The notes: generated by a model not told the origin, from the letters alone. A stretch of 64,000 nucleotides of DNA from Vitrella brassicaformis CCMP3155 (GCA_001179505.1 CDMY01000326.1:1-64000), one strand, 5' to 3'; numbered from the stretch's first letter, positions 11,539-22,981 are shown. Program-made: numbers and translations.

Positions 11539-14113
11539 NNNNNNNNNNNNNNNNNNNNNNNNNNNNNNNNNNNNNNNNNNNNNNNNNNNNNNNNNNNNNN
11601 NNNNNNNNNNNNNNNNNNNNNNNNNNNNNNNNNNNNNNNNNNNNNNNNNNNNNNNNNNNNNNNNNNNNNNNNNNNNNNNNNNNNNNNNNNNNNNNNNNNN
11701 NNNNNNNNNNNNNNNNNNNNNNNNNNNNNNNNNNNNNNNNNNNNNNNNNNNNNNNNNNNNNNNNNNNNNNNNNNNNNNNNNNNNNNNNNNNNNNNNNNNN
11801 NNNNNNNNNNNNNNNNNNNNNNNNNNNNNNNNNNNNNNCCCCCCCCCCCCCCCCCCCTCCCCCTCTCTGACCTGTCTTTTCCCACAGGTGTGTGTCTGGA
11901 GCAGCCAATGGCGAGCCCCCCACCGCCACCATCGCCTGTCAAAGGATCACCTATACGAAGCAAGGAAACACAGAAAATGAGTAAGGCCAAGACCTATGCC
12001 GAAGGGGGCAAGAAGAAGAGTGACAGCGTCCTGAGTGGAGAGCCGAAGGCGAAGACGGCGGCCGAACGTAATGAGGAGACATGTGTGTGATGATCGGTCG
12101 GTCCATGTGCTGAGTGTGCAGGCTCTGTCCCTCCATCGGTGACGTCGGTCTCGCCGAAGACCCGCAACGGAAGTGGAGTGGCGCGCTCAACCCGAATCAG
12201 CTCACCGCCCGCGAGCAAGAGCACGCGAGTGCGGCTTCCTGTACGAGGCGGAGGGGCGGGTGTTGAGACACGAATGCCACGTGAGCCGCGGCCACCTCTT
12301 GCAGCAGGTAAAGCAAAGGCCGCCGCGGTAGCAGCCCCTGTCCAGCACATAAGCTTTGAAGCCAAGATGAAAAACAAGGAAAGACCGCCCGGTAATAGAC
12401 ATTGCTGTGATTGGTCAAACCTAGCAATGTCTTCTCTTTGTCATCACCATGCAGGCTTGACATGGCAGGGAGTGGTGATCGACGCCAATGCGATCGACAC
12501 GCCGCCGCCCGCCATCACACCACTGGGAATCGAGGATGCTCAAGGAAAGATGGAGACGCTGCCAGACACCAACGAGCTGACTGTAGAGCTGCCCCCGCCA
12601 TTGCATGTATGCAAGAAACCTCCCATGCCGGCCTATGCTGCCGATAAGTGGGTTCAGTGGACCGGCGGAAAGTAAGACAAGAAACATCGACACGAACACT
12701 CCACCTGTTGTCCATTCTGTTAACTGCATCCAGACCGAAGGACCGTGAGACATCAGCCAGAACCCAGCCCGGCGCAGACCACCGCCCTCCCACGTTCCGT
12801 GACTCCCGTGCCTTCACTAGCACAAAGCCGCCTCCTTCCGGGCTGGGCCTAAGACGTGCTCGTGGCAAGGTGCAGCTGACCATTGTTACCGATGAGAAGA
12901 AGGGAGGCAGTGTGAAACTACTGAGGAGACGCGAAAAGAAATATCGGGAGGATGGCAGCCTGAAAGAGCAGCCGCAGCAACATCCGCCACACCGTGAGAG
13001 AGTGTTGCCGCCCACACCGAATTTTGCTGGGAACAGTACTGACCAGCAGAAGGAAGAGGGCGGCTGTGATGTGTCGAGCGTGCTCTTGTTTCGACGTGTT
13101 TCGAGCCCACAGCCGTCATCGAGACAGGCAAAGGAGGTGGTGCGGTGGCAATCGGCACATCCGGCTACTGCTGCTACTGCTGCGGGGACGCCAGCAGTGC
13201 CAGTGCCAGTCCCACGCCAGCATGTCCGCCCACCCATTGCGCGACCCGACGGGGTGCAAAGCGCGCAGCCTGGTATTCGCGCGGACAGACAAGTGTGACC
13301 ATTCTTGCCGCTTCTACCTTGCCGTCTTTTGTGCAGGTCGCATGGTGCCTCCCTTGTCAATGCCTGTGCCTGTGCCTGTCCGCTCTCCCAATGCGCCACG
13401 AGTGCAGCTGAGACGGTCGTTGTCGCACAGCGATGGCGGGAAGGAGGGTGTTCTTTCGATCGAGTCGGCAGTCATGGACGAGGAGACGATGCCGTCTGCC
13501 CGGAAGGTTCACGTGCTCCCGCCCCCGCACTCGCCGCTTCTTGGCTCGCGAGGCGTGCAGCCGCCTGTTATTGCGAAGCTCACACTCACCAGCCCATCGC
13601 CACCGTAAGCAACGATTCGATCCCCATATGTCTTGCGTGTGTATGTCTTGTCGATCGGCAGGTGTCGCCCTCCTCTGTCTCCCGACCCACTCCCTCCCCG
13701 CCCACCAATGATGCCTCATTACCATCACCCAATACCGAGCCCCTTCCCGCCTCACCCCTCCCGTCCACCTTTCTGGGCGCTATCGAAGGCCCCTTCTGCC
13801 TATGTCCCGCTGAGTGAGGCCACGCCTGTCACAGTGGCTGTGGCGGGCGGCGTCTCACGCCAACTGACGGGTGCCCCAGGTGAGTGAAAAAAAGTGTGTC
13901 TCTCTCCCATGATGTTTTTGGATGGCGGTTTTGACAGATGCAAACAGAGTGGTTGTGCCGAGTGTCCATCCTTCACCGAGGCAGCCGCCAGTGTTCCTTT
14001 CCCCAGACATGGCACACAGGGGCATCAACTCGCATTTGTTCGCAGCAAATCGGGGACGCACCTGTGGGAGAGACATGATGGGCGGCAGAACGGGGCTGCC
14101 TGGCTCTGCCTGA
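9710..14113 (+). CDS. Uncharacterised multi-exon protein: N-terminal coiled coil, long Pro/Ser-rich disordered C-terminus
   Basis: Strong Kozak context GCAGCCACCATGG at 9710. About 15 GT-AG-bounded exons splice in frame (MGQPSMYDATEKLLKRL..., HYEALQRELQQTLHQL..., ...GLPGSA-TGA). One intron spans the gap at 11539-11838. No recognisable domain. Confidence 0.65.
11539..11838. other. Assembly gap (300 N) flanked by poly-C
   Basis: N run inside an intron. Confidence 1.
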
Positions 14114-14195
14114 AGGGGCCAGGCAGTGTGAGGGACGCATACATGTTTAGCAGAGAGGATGTGAGAGACCTGATACCCAAGCGTTGAATCAACAG

Positions 14196-14216
14196 TAGGG
14201 TTAGGGTCTAGGGTTT
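14196..14216. repeat. Short telomere-like repeat (TAGGGT TAGGGT CTAGGGTTT) containing a telo-box (AAACCCTA on the minus strand)
   Basis: Seen directly between the end of the 9710 gene and the 14331/14505 ORF. Confidence 0.45.
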
Positions 14217-14504
14217 CCTACGTGACCAAATTGCGACGCAACTCGAGGACTGCCTCAACCTCACCGCCGTAGTGTATTGCGGTGAGCTATCATAAACACC
14301 ACACGACGTACAAACACGCAAGGAGCTCATGTGCTTTTGATTCCTCGGCATCTGCGTCTGCAGCCGTCGTGCTCCTGTTTCTGCTCGTGGCGGCATAGCT
14401 TAACCAACGAGCGATATAGCACCACAGCAAACCACACCACACTCGCCAGAAGACCCGTCAGAAAACCCGTACACCACACGCCACCCGCTGCTGTGCTGGA
14501 CGCG

Positions 14505-15269
14505 ATGCGTTCCTCGTCCGAGCCCACCACGACCAGCAGCTCGGCTGCCAAGGCTGACCCGTCGGCCACAGGAGCACAACAACAACAGCCACTCTTCCCT
14601 CTGCGCATCACACTGCCTCCCCTGTCGACCGCCGGCTGGCTGACCATCGTCGCCGTGCTCGTCATCTACGGGTTGGTCGTCATGCAGCCCGTGCAGATGG
14701 AGCCCGCACAGCCACCCCTCTTCTCGTACGCCCGCTTCAGAGGGCGGCTGCTGCAGGGCGGCTTCCAGGAATCGACGTCACCCGAGAAACAGGCGTGTCA
14801 GACAGACATCGAGGAGTCGTTCAGCAACAACATGATATGGGGCGACCCCTGTCTGGCGCCCAACGCCACATTGGTCGAGAACCTGCCCTTCGCACCGCCG
14901 TCCTGCAGCGACAAGCTCAAGCCATTCGAGTACGGCGGCTTCGTGCCGCCAACCACCGCCCCCCTGCTGTTTGCAGGGCCCACCCAGCAGTCGCTCGCAA
15001 GATGGCTGTGTGACGGCCTGCAGGCCACCCAGGCAGGACTGAGAGGGGTGGAGGAGTGCAAGGACGGCGGTCGGCTGAGAGCGCGCCTCGAGGCGGCTTT
15101 AGCCAGTGGGGAGAGTGAGGTGGGCATCCTGGAGGGTGAGGGTCCGAGCATCGAGATAGTCACGGACAGTGTCGGGGCGTGTGAGTGCCGCGTGCCAGTG
15201 CTGCTGCCTGCCGGGGCCAAGTGCGAGGACTTCAGATACCCCTACCTGGGGTGGAGAATCATCGACTAG
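14505..15269 (+). CDS. Intronless single-pass (type II-like) membrane protein with a Cys-rich C-terminal domain
   Basis: ORF 14331-15269; first convincing ATG at 14505. TM segment GWLTIVAVLVIYGLVVM, followed by a domain with 8 Cys. No microsatellite intron interrupts it. Confidence 0.65.
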   Translation: MRSSSEPTTTSSSAAKADPSATGAQQQQPLFPLRITLPPLSTAGWLTIVAVLVIYGLVVMQPVQMEPAQPPLFSYARFRGRLLQGGFQESTSPEKQACQTDIEESFSNNMIWGDPCLAPNATLVENLPFAPPSCSDKLKPFEYGGFVPPTTAPLLFAGPTQQSLARWLCDGLQATQAGLRGVEECKDGGRLRARLEAALASGESEVGILEGEGPSIEIVTDSVGACECRVPVLLPAGAKCEDFRYPYLGWRIID

Positions 15270-15950
15270 ATATAGATGAGTGGAGGCGAATGCGGCTTGG
15301 CGTCATTCATGATGCGATGCATCATCCATCCATCCATCCATGGCATCGCATCAAGGGTGGCTGGCTGGCCGCCTGCCTGCCTGCGTAGCATAGTTTTGTG
15401 GGTGCGTATGTGTACATATGACCGGCTGTATGTATACTATTTGTGTGAGCACGGGAGGGAGGGAACACGGGAGGGAGGGAGGGAGGGAGGGAGGGAACAC
15501 ATGTATGTATGTATGGATGCATCATTCATTTTGTGTGAGATGCACTGCATACGTCCTCATCTCATGCCTAGCGGCACGGCACCTTTGTACGTGCGTATGT
15601 GTGTGGTTTGATGTCTATCTATCTATTTTGTCAAGAGTGCAATCAATGCATAGCAGCTCTGCGTGCGTGTGTCTGTCGATATGTACCCGCCTAGCCTACG
15701 ACAATTCACTTTCTGTCTGCGTGCATTCACGTTTGCGTGCTCGCATCATTTGTGTGAAGACGTGACGCATGACATGCGACGGATGAGTATTCCACCACAC
15801 ACACACACACCCCACACTCAGCAACAAATGTGTCTTATCGAACACCAAAAACCGTCACATTTAGCACGTAGCAACAGACACATCGACATCGCCCCACACC
15901 ACACAGCGCCCCCCAACCAGCCACCCTCACTAACAATGCACATACACTAA

Positions 15951-17034
15951 CTAACCCCGCAGCACATCAATCAGCTCTGTGAAGTCCGTCACGAACCAAT
16001 CTGCCCCCTCCTTGACGGCCTTGCGCACCGACACACCCCCATACCCGATGAACACACTCGCAGGCGGCCGCGCCTGCAGGTCGGTCGCGCCGTCGCCCAC
16101 CATGACAACATTCAGGCCTTTGCCGCTCCCTTTGTTGGCCGTGTTGTGTGCCGATGTGTTGTTTCCCTGAATGATGGCCGCCACAGCCTCGGCCTTGCCG
16201 CCGTCGCGAGAGGTCGGTGCAGAACGGTCAAACCTACACACACAGACACACGATGCACACAGACACGCGTCCTTGCATTCACTGACACACCGAGTTGGCC
16301 TTCGCCCCGGTTTGCCCACCCTGCGTAGTTGCCATGAGTGTCGAAGTAGAGCTCATTTGCGTAGATGTTGGTGCGGGGGATCTTGAGAGCGTCTGCGAGC
16401 GGCTCCAGCAGGAACCGGAAGCCGCCCGACACCAGATAGACCGCCGTGCCGCGACGCTGTAGCAGGGATACCACCTGCTCAATGCCTGATTTGCCACGGC
16501 ATGCCATTCACACACATGAGTGACTAACATGCATGTGTGAATCAGCCACACGTGCGTACCTGACGAGAGTTTGATGTCGTGTGTGTTGATGAATCCCTCC
16601 ACATCCGCCCTGGTCGGCTGCATGAGCTGCAGCCGCCGCTCCAGCGCGTCCTCGTACTTCATCCCGCCCTCCATGGCCTCGCGCGTCAAGGCAGCCACGC
16701 CCTCGCTCTTGTCCAGGTAGGTCGCGAACTCATCTATCGCCTCGTACGTCAGCACCGTCGAGTCCACATCGAAACATACGATGTCCGCATCCCTCAGCGC
16801 CGACTTGGCCGAGTCGATGCGACAGGGAGCTGCCGAACGGTGGCTGGCGCACAGTGCGCCGGCAGATTGCTCGTCTGGTGGGCAGGAGGATGTAGCAGTG
16901 GCAAGAGCTGCACTCATGTGACGAGCGGTGGTGGAAGCGGCACTCAGGAGGCGGCGAGATCTGGCAAGAGAGGCTGAAGCGAGGATGAGAATGAAGACGA
17001 CGATGCGCAGTAAGGCACGACGCCTCACGGCCAT
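15951..17034 (-). CDS. serB: Phosphoserine phosphatase (HAD superfamily, SerB/PSPH) with an N-terminal targeting leader
   Basis: HAD motif I VCFDVDST, then EAIDEFA...AMEG...LERRL; motif II YLVSGGF; GGKAEAV; motif IV MVGDGATDLQARPPA; FIGYGG...WFVTDF. Three exons. Confidence 0.95.
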
Positions 17035-17071
17035 ACACCTTCGCCGCGTGATGGCGGTGAGTGTTCTGATC

Positions 17072-17102
17072 TTCGGCAGATCTATGGGGGCGTCGCGTCT
17101 CA
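17072..17102. promoter_or_regulatory. Candidate cis-elements CGGCAGATCT and GCGTCTCA in the serB/phosphoesterase bidirectional spacer
   Basis: The same motifs recur in other divergent spacers (30209-30218, 30243-30250, 62834-62843, 9513-9520). Confidence 0.45.
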
Positions 17103-17157
17103 CCAGGGCGATCGCATGCAGTCTCACCTCCACCTCGGCCCCCAGCGTGTTCCTCGG

Positions 17158-19854
17158 ATGCCGGTTCTCTATCAGCTGCCGCTGCTGCTGTTGTTGTTGT
17201 TGTTGCTATGGCCCAGTGGGAGATTGGCGGAGAGAGTCAGCCAAACCGAGTCAGCCACCGATCTTCAAGTCGGCTGGGGCAAAGTGAGGATCGTTTCCGA
17301 CGTACATGTGGTAAGCGGCAGGTGCGAAGCCGTGCGAAGGAATGACTGTGTATCTGTGTCCGTGACACTGTCTCAACGACACACTCCGACAGGGCAATTG
17401 CCGGATGTCTGACGAGTGCTTGCACAAGCTGAAATCGTTTCTTCGAGCCACCGTGACTCCGGGCAACCCTTACAGTGCCAATGTGAAGGCACTTGTACTC
17501 CTGTAAGCTGTGTGTGGGTGTATGTTCGATAAAGGAGAAAACGCCACGTCATGCGTGGCTCGTTGGTATGTGCAGCGGGGACATATTCGAGACATGGTCT
17601 TACAGAGAAAGGGATGTCGACATAATCATGTACTACGTGCGTACTATGTAGGGCGGTTCCATGCATTTGGCCGACATGACTCTCGACCACCTGGAAAGAA
17701 TAGCTCATAAGAACATTGATGTAAGCCGCACATGACTTTGAGACGCCATCTGTGGCTACTCCACTCCACATATGTTTCCGCGTGTATCTCAGACGACTCT
17801 TGGGCATATTCTTCGTCCCAAGGTCCCAGAGATTCTTCGCTTCATAGAAGAGATCGCACAAAAGATTTCTACCTATATCATTCGAGTAAGAACACAGTTA
17901 GCTGTGAGGAAGTGAGAGAAAGCGAAAACTCTGTGTCTGAGCAGGGGAATCACGATTACGAGACGTAAGCCAGAGGAAGACTGATTGTCTGACGGCTCCT
18001 TTGCGCTTGTCCTCAGTTTGACGAGGGATTTTGTCAAGAAACACATGCCCTCTGTCCACTACAGAAAAGGTGTGAGGCTGAATGAGTGCACACCGACTAT
18101 CTCATAGGCATGTGCATCCATCAGATGTCCTTGTGGATTGGCGCCTCGTCCGCTTAGAGCACGGCCAGTTTGAGGATCTTCTTAACAGACCCGGCCCTCT
18201 CTCGGACTACACGAACAAAACAAAGAGCAGTGGTGTGAGAGAAGTGGTTAGCCAGCTTCCTGTGGGGTTCTCTCAGCGCCCATCCGCCGCGTACTGGCTG
18301 GCGAGAGCGGATGCCACTCGATGTGAGCTGGAGAGGTTTCACAAGGTGTACAACCCGTCTTCGAACGCCGTGCGCGAGACGACGGAGTTGGTGACCTCGA
18401 TCACTGAATATATCCTGGGGAAACACTTCAAGGCAAGTGAACGATTGACGTACTTTGTGTTGTATGGATTCATTTAATTCTTGGTGTTTGTAATGTCATT
18501 CTCTATTCAGAAAGCCTACATGACAATGTTCCAGGAGCGATTGCAGGCTGTCACCGAGAATGGCGCACCGGGCCAGGACCTGGTCAAGATTCTCAACAAC
18601 GACGTCCGCGAGGATCAATTCCACCTTCGGAAGGGCACAATTACAATTAAAACGGTGGGCGCGCCTACCGGAGAGGGGCAGGAACGTCTCGTCTGTGTGT
18701 GTGTGTGTTTTTCTTTGCGGCCCCAGGTGGTGAGGGAGTATGGTGATCTTCCCAAAGTCATGAAGAGGGAGCTCTAGTTGTCAAAGAGGGAATCAAAGGC
18801 GCTGATCAGGTGATCAGGTGAAGGCATGAGGTACACGACTGGCATCAAGTATTGATTCTTGTTGTGGCTGTAGGAGAGGTCTCGACGCCATGGGAGTGAG
18901 ACACGAAAGTTGTGCATGTGAAAGTTATACTATTCGTGTTGGTTTCCGTGTGTGGACAGGACTACGACTACTTCATCGTAAAACAACAAGACACCACAGA
19001 CACAGACGTGGTCCACGCCAAACACGCTAGAGAAAGAGAGGGTCAATGAGATGTATCAAACATCCGACAGATGTGGGTGTGTAGATGGTTTTCGGCCACA
19101 CGCACATTGCCAAGCTCCAACGACAGCAGTCTAGCTTGGACAACTGGCTCATCTACGCGAATTCAGGCGGTACGGATGCACACAATGAGATTTAGATAGA
19201 AAGAATCAGAAGAGACGACCGGCATGTGTCTGCCAGGCTGGGTCGACCCAATCGATGGCGACAAGGTCTTCGTCGACATCAGGTGACGTATGGAAAAGAA
19301 ACGCGGAGGAGGAGGAGAAGAAGAAGAATAATTTCTCCCTCTTCCTCAATGTGTGTGTGTCTCTCTGTTTGTCTCTTCGTGTCACCCTCCATCTTCATCT
19401 GATCTGCAGCATGATCGATCTGCCCCTGTACGACAAATTCTTCCAAGACACCTTCCCCAATCTCCGCACCGACCGCGCATGCAAGAGTGGCGTGCCCAAG
19501 CTCCAGCCCCAGCCTGAGACATGCGAAACGCCCTCCTGGACACCGCTCCGTGACGCTCTCCCTATCCGTGTGGACGTCTACAAATGGGCGAGCGACCCAG
19601 ATGGGACCCTCACACGAGTGGAGGGGCTGGACCTCCCAGACTGAGGCGTGACGCAGACGATGCGCGATTTGGTGAGAAACTACGGCCTGGCTGAGGCAGC
19701 GGACACCAAAGAGAGAGAGACACTGATCAAGCGGGTTGAGGAGACCCTGGATGCCATCCACACGGCTGCAGGCGGCCTGAGTGAGGGTGAGGCGGATGTG
19801 GTGTGGCGAGAGGAAGAAGTGGAAGAGATAGTGCCCCATTGGCCGTCATTCTGA
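17158..19854 (+). pseudogene. Secreted calcineurin-like metallophosphoesterase (LpxH-like motif set), probably disabled by in-frame stops
   Basis: Signal peptide MPVLYQLPLLLLLLLLLWPSG. Spliced motifs: IVSDVHVG (17296-17310 plus next exon), LVLLGDIFETW (~17577-17597), YIIRGNHD (17945-17956), RLEHGQ (18157-18168), VFGHTH (19094-19105), YANSGGW (~19154 onward). In-frame TAG at 17649 (splice-ambiguous), TAG at 18775 and TGA at 19642, the last followed by 69 more open codons. Confidence 0.75.
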
Positions 19855-19873
19855 GCCAATGGGGCACTATCTC
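19825..19873. repeat. Perfect 19-bp inverted repeat with an 11-nt loop
   Basis: GAGATAGTGCCCCATTGGC (19825-19843) / CGTCATTCTGA / GCCAATGGGGCACTATCTC (19855-19873). Confidence 0.97.
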
Positions 19874-20187
19874 GACGTGCGAGTGAGTGGGTGACAGAGC
19901 AGAAAGAAAATGCATGTGAGTGAATGGATGCGGGTGCCGTGAGACAGGCAGGCAGGCAGACAGACTGAATCAGCGCGAGACATTCCACATCATTTCCTTT
20001 GAGAGGTATGCGTGTCTGTCTGTCTGTATCCCTATCTATTGACAAACAAACCAACGAACTACCCGGCCCAGTCCGTCTGAATTATCTGTCAGCCCATGAA
20101 CCGCATCGCATCGCATCGCATCGCATCTGTCGGCTCGCATTGCCGCAATCGCATCCAATTAACTAATCGGTCTATCTGTCTATCTCA

Positions 20188-22563
20188 TCAGTCCTCCTCT
20201 TCCATGGCTTCCTCGATGAGCTCCACGATGATGCTGCCCAGCCCGCCCTTTCCCTCGCCCCCCTCCAGCATACGCGCCACCTGCTGCCCATACGCCTCTA
20301 TCGCGCCCTCCACCACGCCCCTGCCCGATGCCACAAACACACCTGTAAGGACACATCAGCCAGCCAGGAAGCAACAGAGAGGAGAGAGTGATCGATTGAT
20401 TCGATTCATGCATCCATTCATTCAGACTGCGGCGACAAGGCCGACGTACCTGCCAGTCTGCGTGTGAATGCCGTCCACAAAGGCGCCCCCCTCATCTGCT
20501 CGTCGCCCAGCCCCCCCAGCCGCCCCGCCAGCCACGACGTCGCCATGGACCCGATAGACGATTCCGTCACGTTGGGCGCGGACAGGAACTCCTCGGCCTG
20601 GTCGATGGTGAAGCCCATAAAGGACGAGAGGCTGTTTTCAAATGACGGCCACTCAGCGTCGTCGGCCAGCGATGCCGCCATGCCGTGGACGGCCTTGAGA
20701 ACCGATCCCTTGGCCGTGTACAGCGCCGAGACAATTGACGGCGGGGCGGGGGGGTCTCGAGCAGCAAAGGCTGATATCCCTCTCGCGCCATCTCGCAGCA
20801 GCGACCGCCGTTGCGAGATGAGCATGAGGGCCGTCGAGGCTGCATTGGTCGCCATGACGTCTCTGGTCTCCTGCTGGATGCGAGGCACGATGAACGAGGT
20901 GAGCAGGGGGCCCACAGAGGCCGGGGCGAGCGTGTCGACCAGACTCTGCATGATCCGCCGGACCCCCCCGTCGGTCACGTCGGTCACGAGGCGCATGAAG
21001 GTGCCCCATCCCTTGTTGCGCTTGAGGCAGTCACGCGCCAGCCGGTCTATGACCGTATTCACCATTGACACACCCGTAGCCATCATGCCCTTCTGCACAT
21101 TACCACTGCCGGTCAGGGACTCCACGGCGGCCGACTGGACGAAGCTGCCGAGGTTGTTGGTGAATGACGGCCAGAAGGGCATCTTGTCCATGCCCATCTG
21201 CTGGCCCACACTCTGCACCATGCCACTCGCCAGGCGGTCGATGACGCGCCCGTTGCCGCTTTCCATCAGGCCGGCAGCCCGGCCCAGGAAGAGACCCATG
21301 AGTGAGTCGCCTTTGCCCTGGGCGGTCCATCTGTTGGCGAGGTGGTCGAGCATCTTGTTGAGTGGCGTCTGGGTGCCGGTAGGCGGCCGTGCGTGTGGCG
21401 CGCCAGTAGGAGTGGGTGGGAGGGTGGGGAAGGGCAATGGCGTGGAGGTGGTGGCTGGCACGGCGGGGGAATGGGGGGCTGACGAATCAACAGACACAGA
21501 GCAACAGAGGGAGAGAAAGAGGGTTACGATCGTGTGGTATGTGATGTATGTTGTGGCTGGCTGCCTGGCTGGCTGGCTGGCTGACCTTGCCCTCCTCCAG
21601 AAAGGGCCGCCTCGGCCTCCTTCCTGCATTGGCTCTCACTCTTGCCGTTCCGCGCCAACACCTGCGATGAAAAACACCCTGGACACACACAAACCGACAC
21701 AACACAAAACACAAGACAACACAACACAACACAACACACATCATCATCCAAGGGCATTTCATTCCCTCCCACCGACCCCATCCATCTCTCTCCCTCCCTC
21801 CTCTCTAACCCTGCATATTCGGCGTGCCGCAGCGTGTCCCATCGCCGACATATCGGCACACATACAGCCTCTTGCCGACATTGACGCCACACCCCAACTT
21901 GGCGGCGCCCTTCCACACCATGGCCGTGAAGTGGCCCGTCGACCCGCTAAACCCGCGGCCCGGCCGCCACATCCTCACCTCGCTGTACCAATCACGCGTG
22001 GCCGATGCGGCGCTCTGGTGGCCGAGAGCGAGGTTCTCACCTGCAGGCACCACACAGATAGGTGAGAGAGTGGGGGAGGGGGGCAGGTGTGGTGTGTACC
22101 TGCCGGTCCTGCGCATGGTTTGAGGCTGTATGAGGATGAGTGCTGGAACTGCCCTCTGTTGGCGTGTTCCTGGGCTGACGCTGCCACACACGTGTCGTAC
22201 TGCAGGAAAGGGGCGCTGTGCATACACCGATACGTGTTGTGAGCCTGAACCAACACACACAGAGAGAAGGAGAAGATGGCGCGTCCACGGACTCTCTCTC
22301 CCACCCTCCCTGGCCACCCACCCTCCCACACCACCCACCAGCAGGAACTCCTTGGCTGTGGCGTCTATCTGAGTTTCCTGGCCACTCGTCGTTGAGCTTC
22401 TCGAGTTTGTGAGAAAGGCGGCATGGTTATAGTTCTGCTGTCGGGGCCATGGCGAGTAGTAGCTGCTGCCGCTGCCGCTGTAGTAGGGCAGCTGCAGCCG
22501 GGGCAGCTGCGCCATTGCGGCGGCAGCCAGGGAGGAGAGGATGATGATGGGGAGGATGGCCAT
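20188..22563 (-). CDS. Secreted CAP (SCP/PR-1/Tpx) domain protein fused through a Pro/Thr linker to a large unknown helical domain
   Basis: Signal peptide MAILPIIILSSLAAAAMAQ. CAP motifs HNTYRCMH, GENLA, WYSE, GHFTAMVW, LGCG, YVCRY. Phase-consistent introns join the CAP domain to the long ORF at 20418-21629 and to a last exon ending EEAMEEED-TGA. Confidence 0.8.
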
Positions 22564-22981
22564 CAGCTAGTGACACGAGTGGATGAAACGGATCGAGGGA
22601 GGGGAGATCTACGGGACTATGGGGATGGAATCGTTGTGGAGCGCTTGGGAGCGTTGAAATTGATGTGCGTCTGCTGCGCGTCAACCCCGTTTTTCACGCG
22701 CCCTAAGCCGCATCTGCGAGCTTAGACTTGCCATCATTCAAGCAACGAATCCTCCCCGCAGCAGCAGTGAGTCTTTTGGTCGTGAGCAGATGAGGTGCAG
22801 ATCAACAATGAGTCAGATGCCGAGTGAGTGTGGATCTGACGAAGATGCAGTGGGGAGGAAACGGCGCAGGAGGCGGACAGATGACGGCAGATCAACACGG
22901 GCCAGGTAAGAAAGAAGAGCGGAAGACTGTCACTGATCTGCTCATCTTTCTCCCAATTGATTCAGGTCTGTGTGTGATGCC

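Noticed and set aside
11500-11860. ORFs running through N gaps and poly-C/poly-G tracts (poly-Pro/Gly, X runs)
   Set aside because: Artefacts of fixed 300-N placeholders and homopolymer dropouts; the same applies to the other three gaps.
19642-19644. In-frame TGA as selenocysteine
   Set aside because: Not at a Cys-like catalytic position, and no SECIS-type AUGA/AA/GA structure is visible downstream. The nearby hairpin is fully Watson-Crick.
20464-22065. 533-aa plus-strand ORF, and similar long antisense ORFs over the retroelement, HYDIN and ELMOD
   Set aside because: Shadows of GC-rich coding sequence on the opposite strand; they read through intron microsatellites and carry no motifs.
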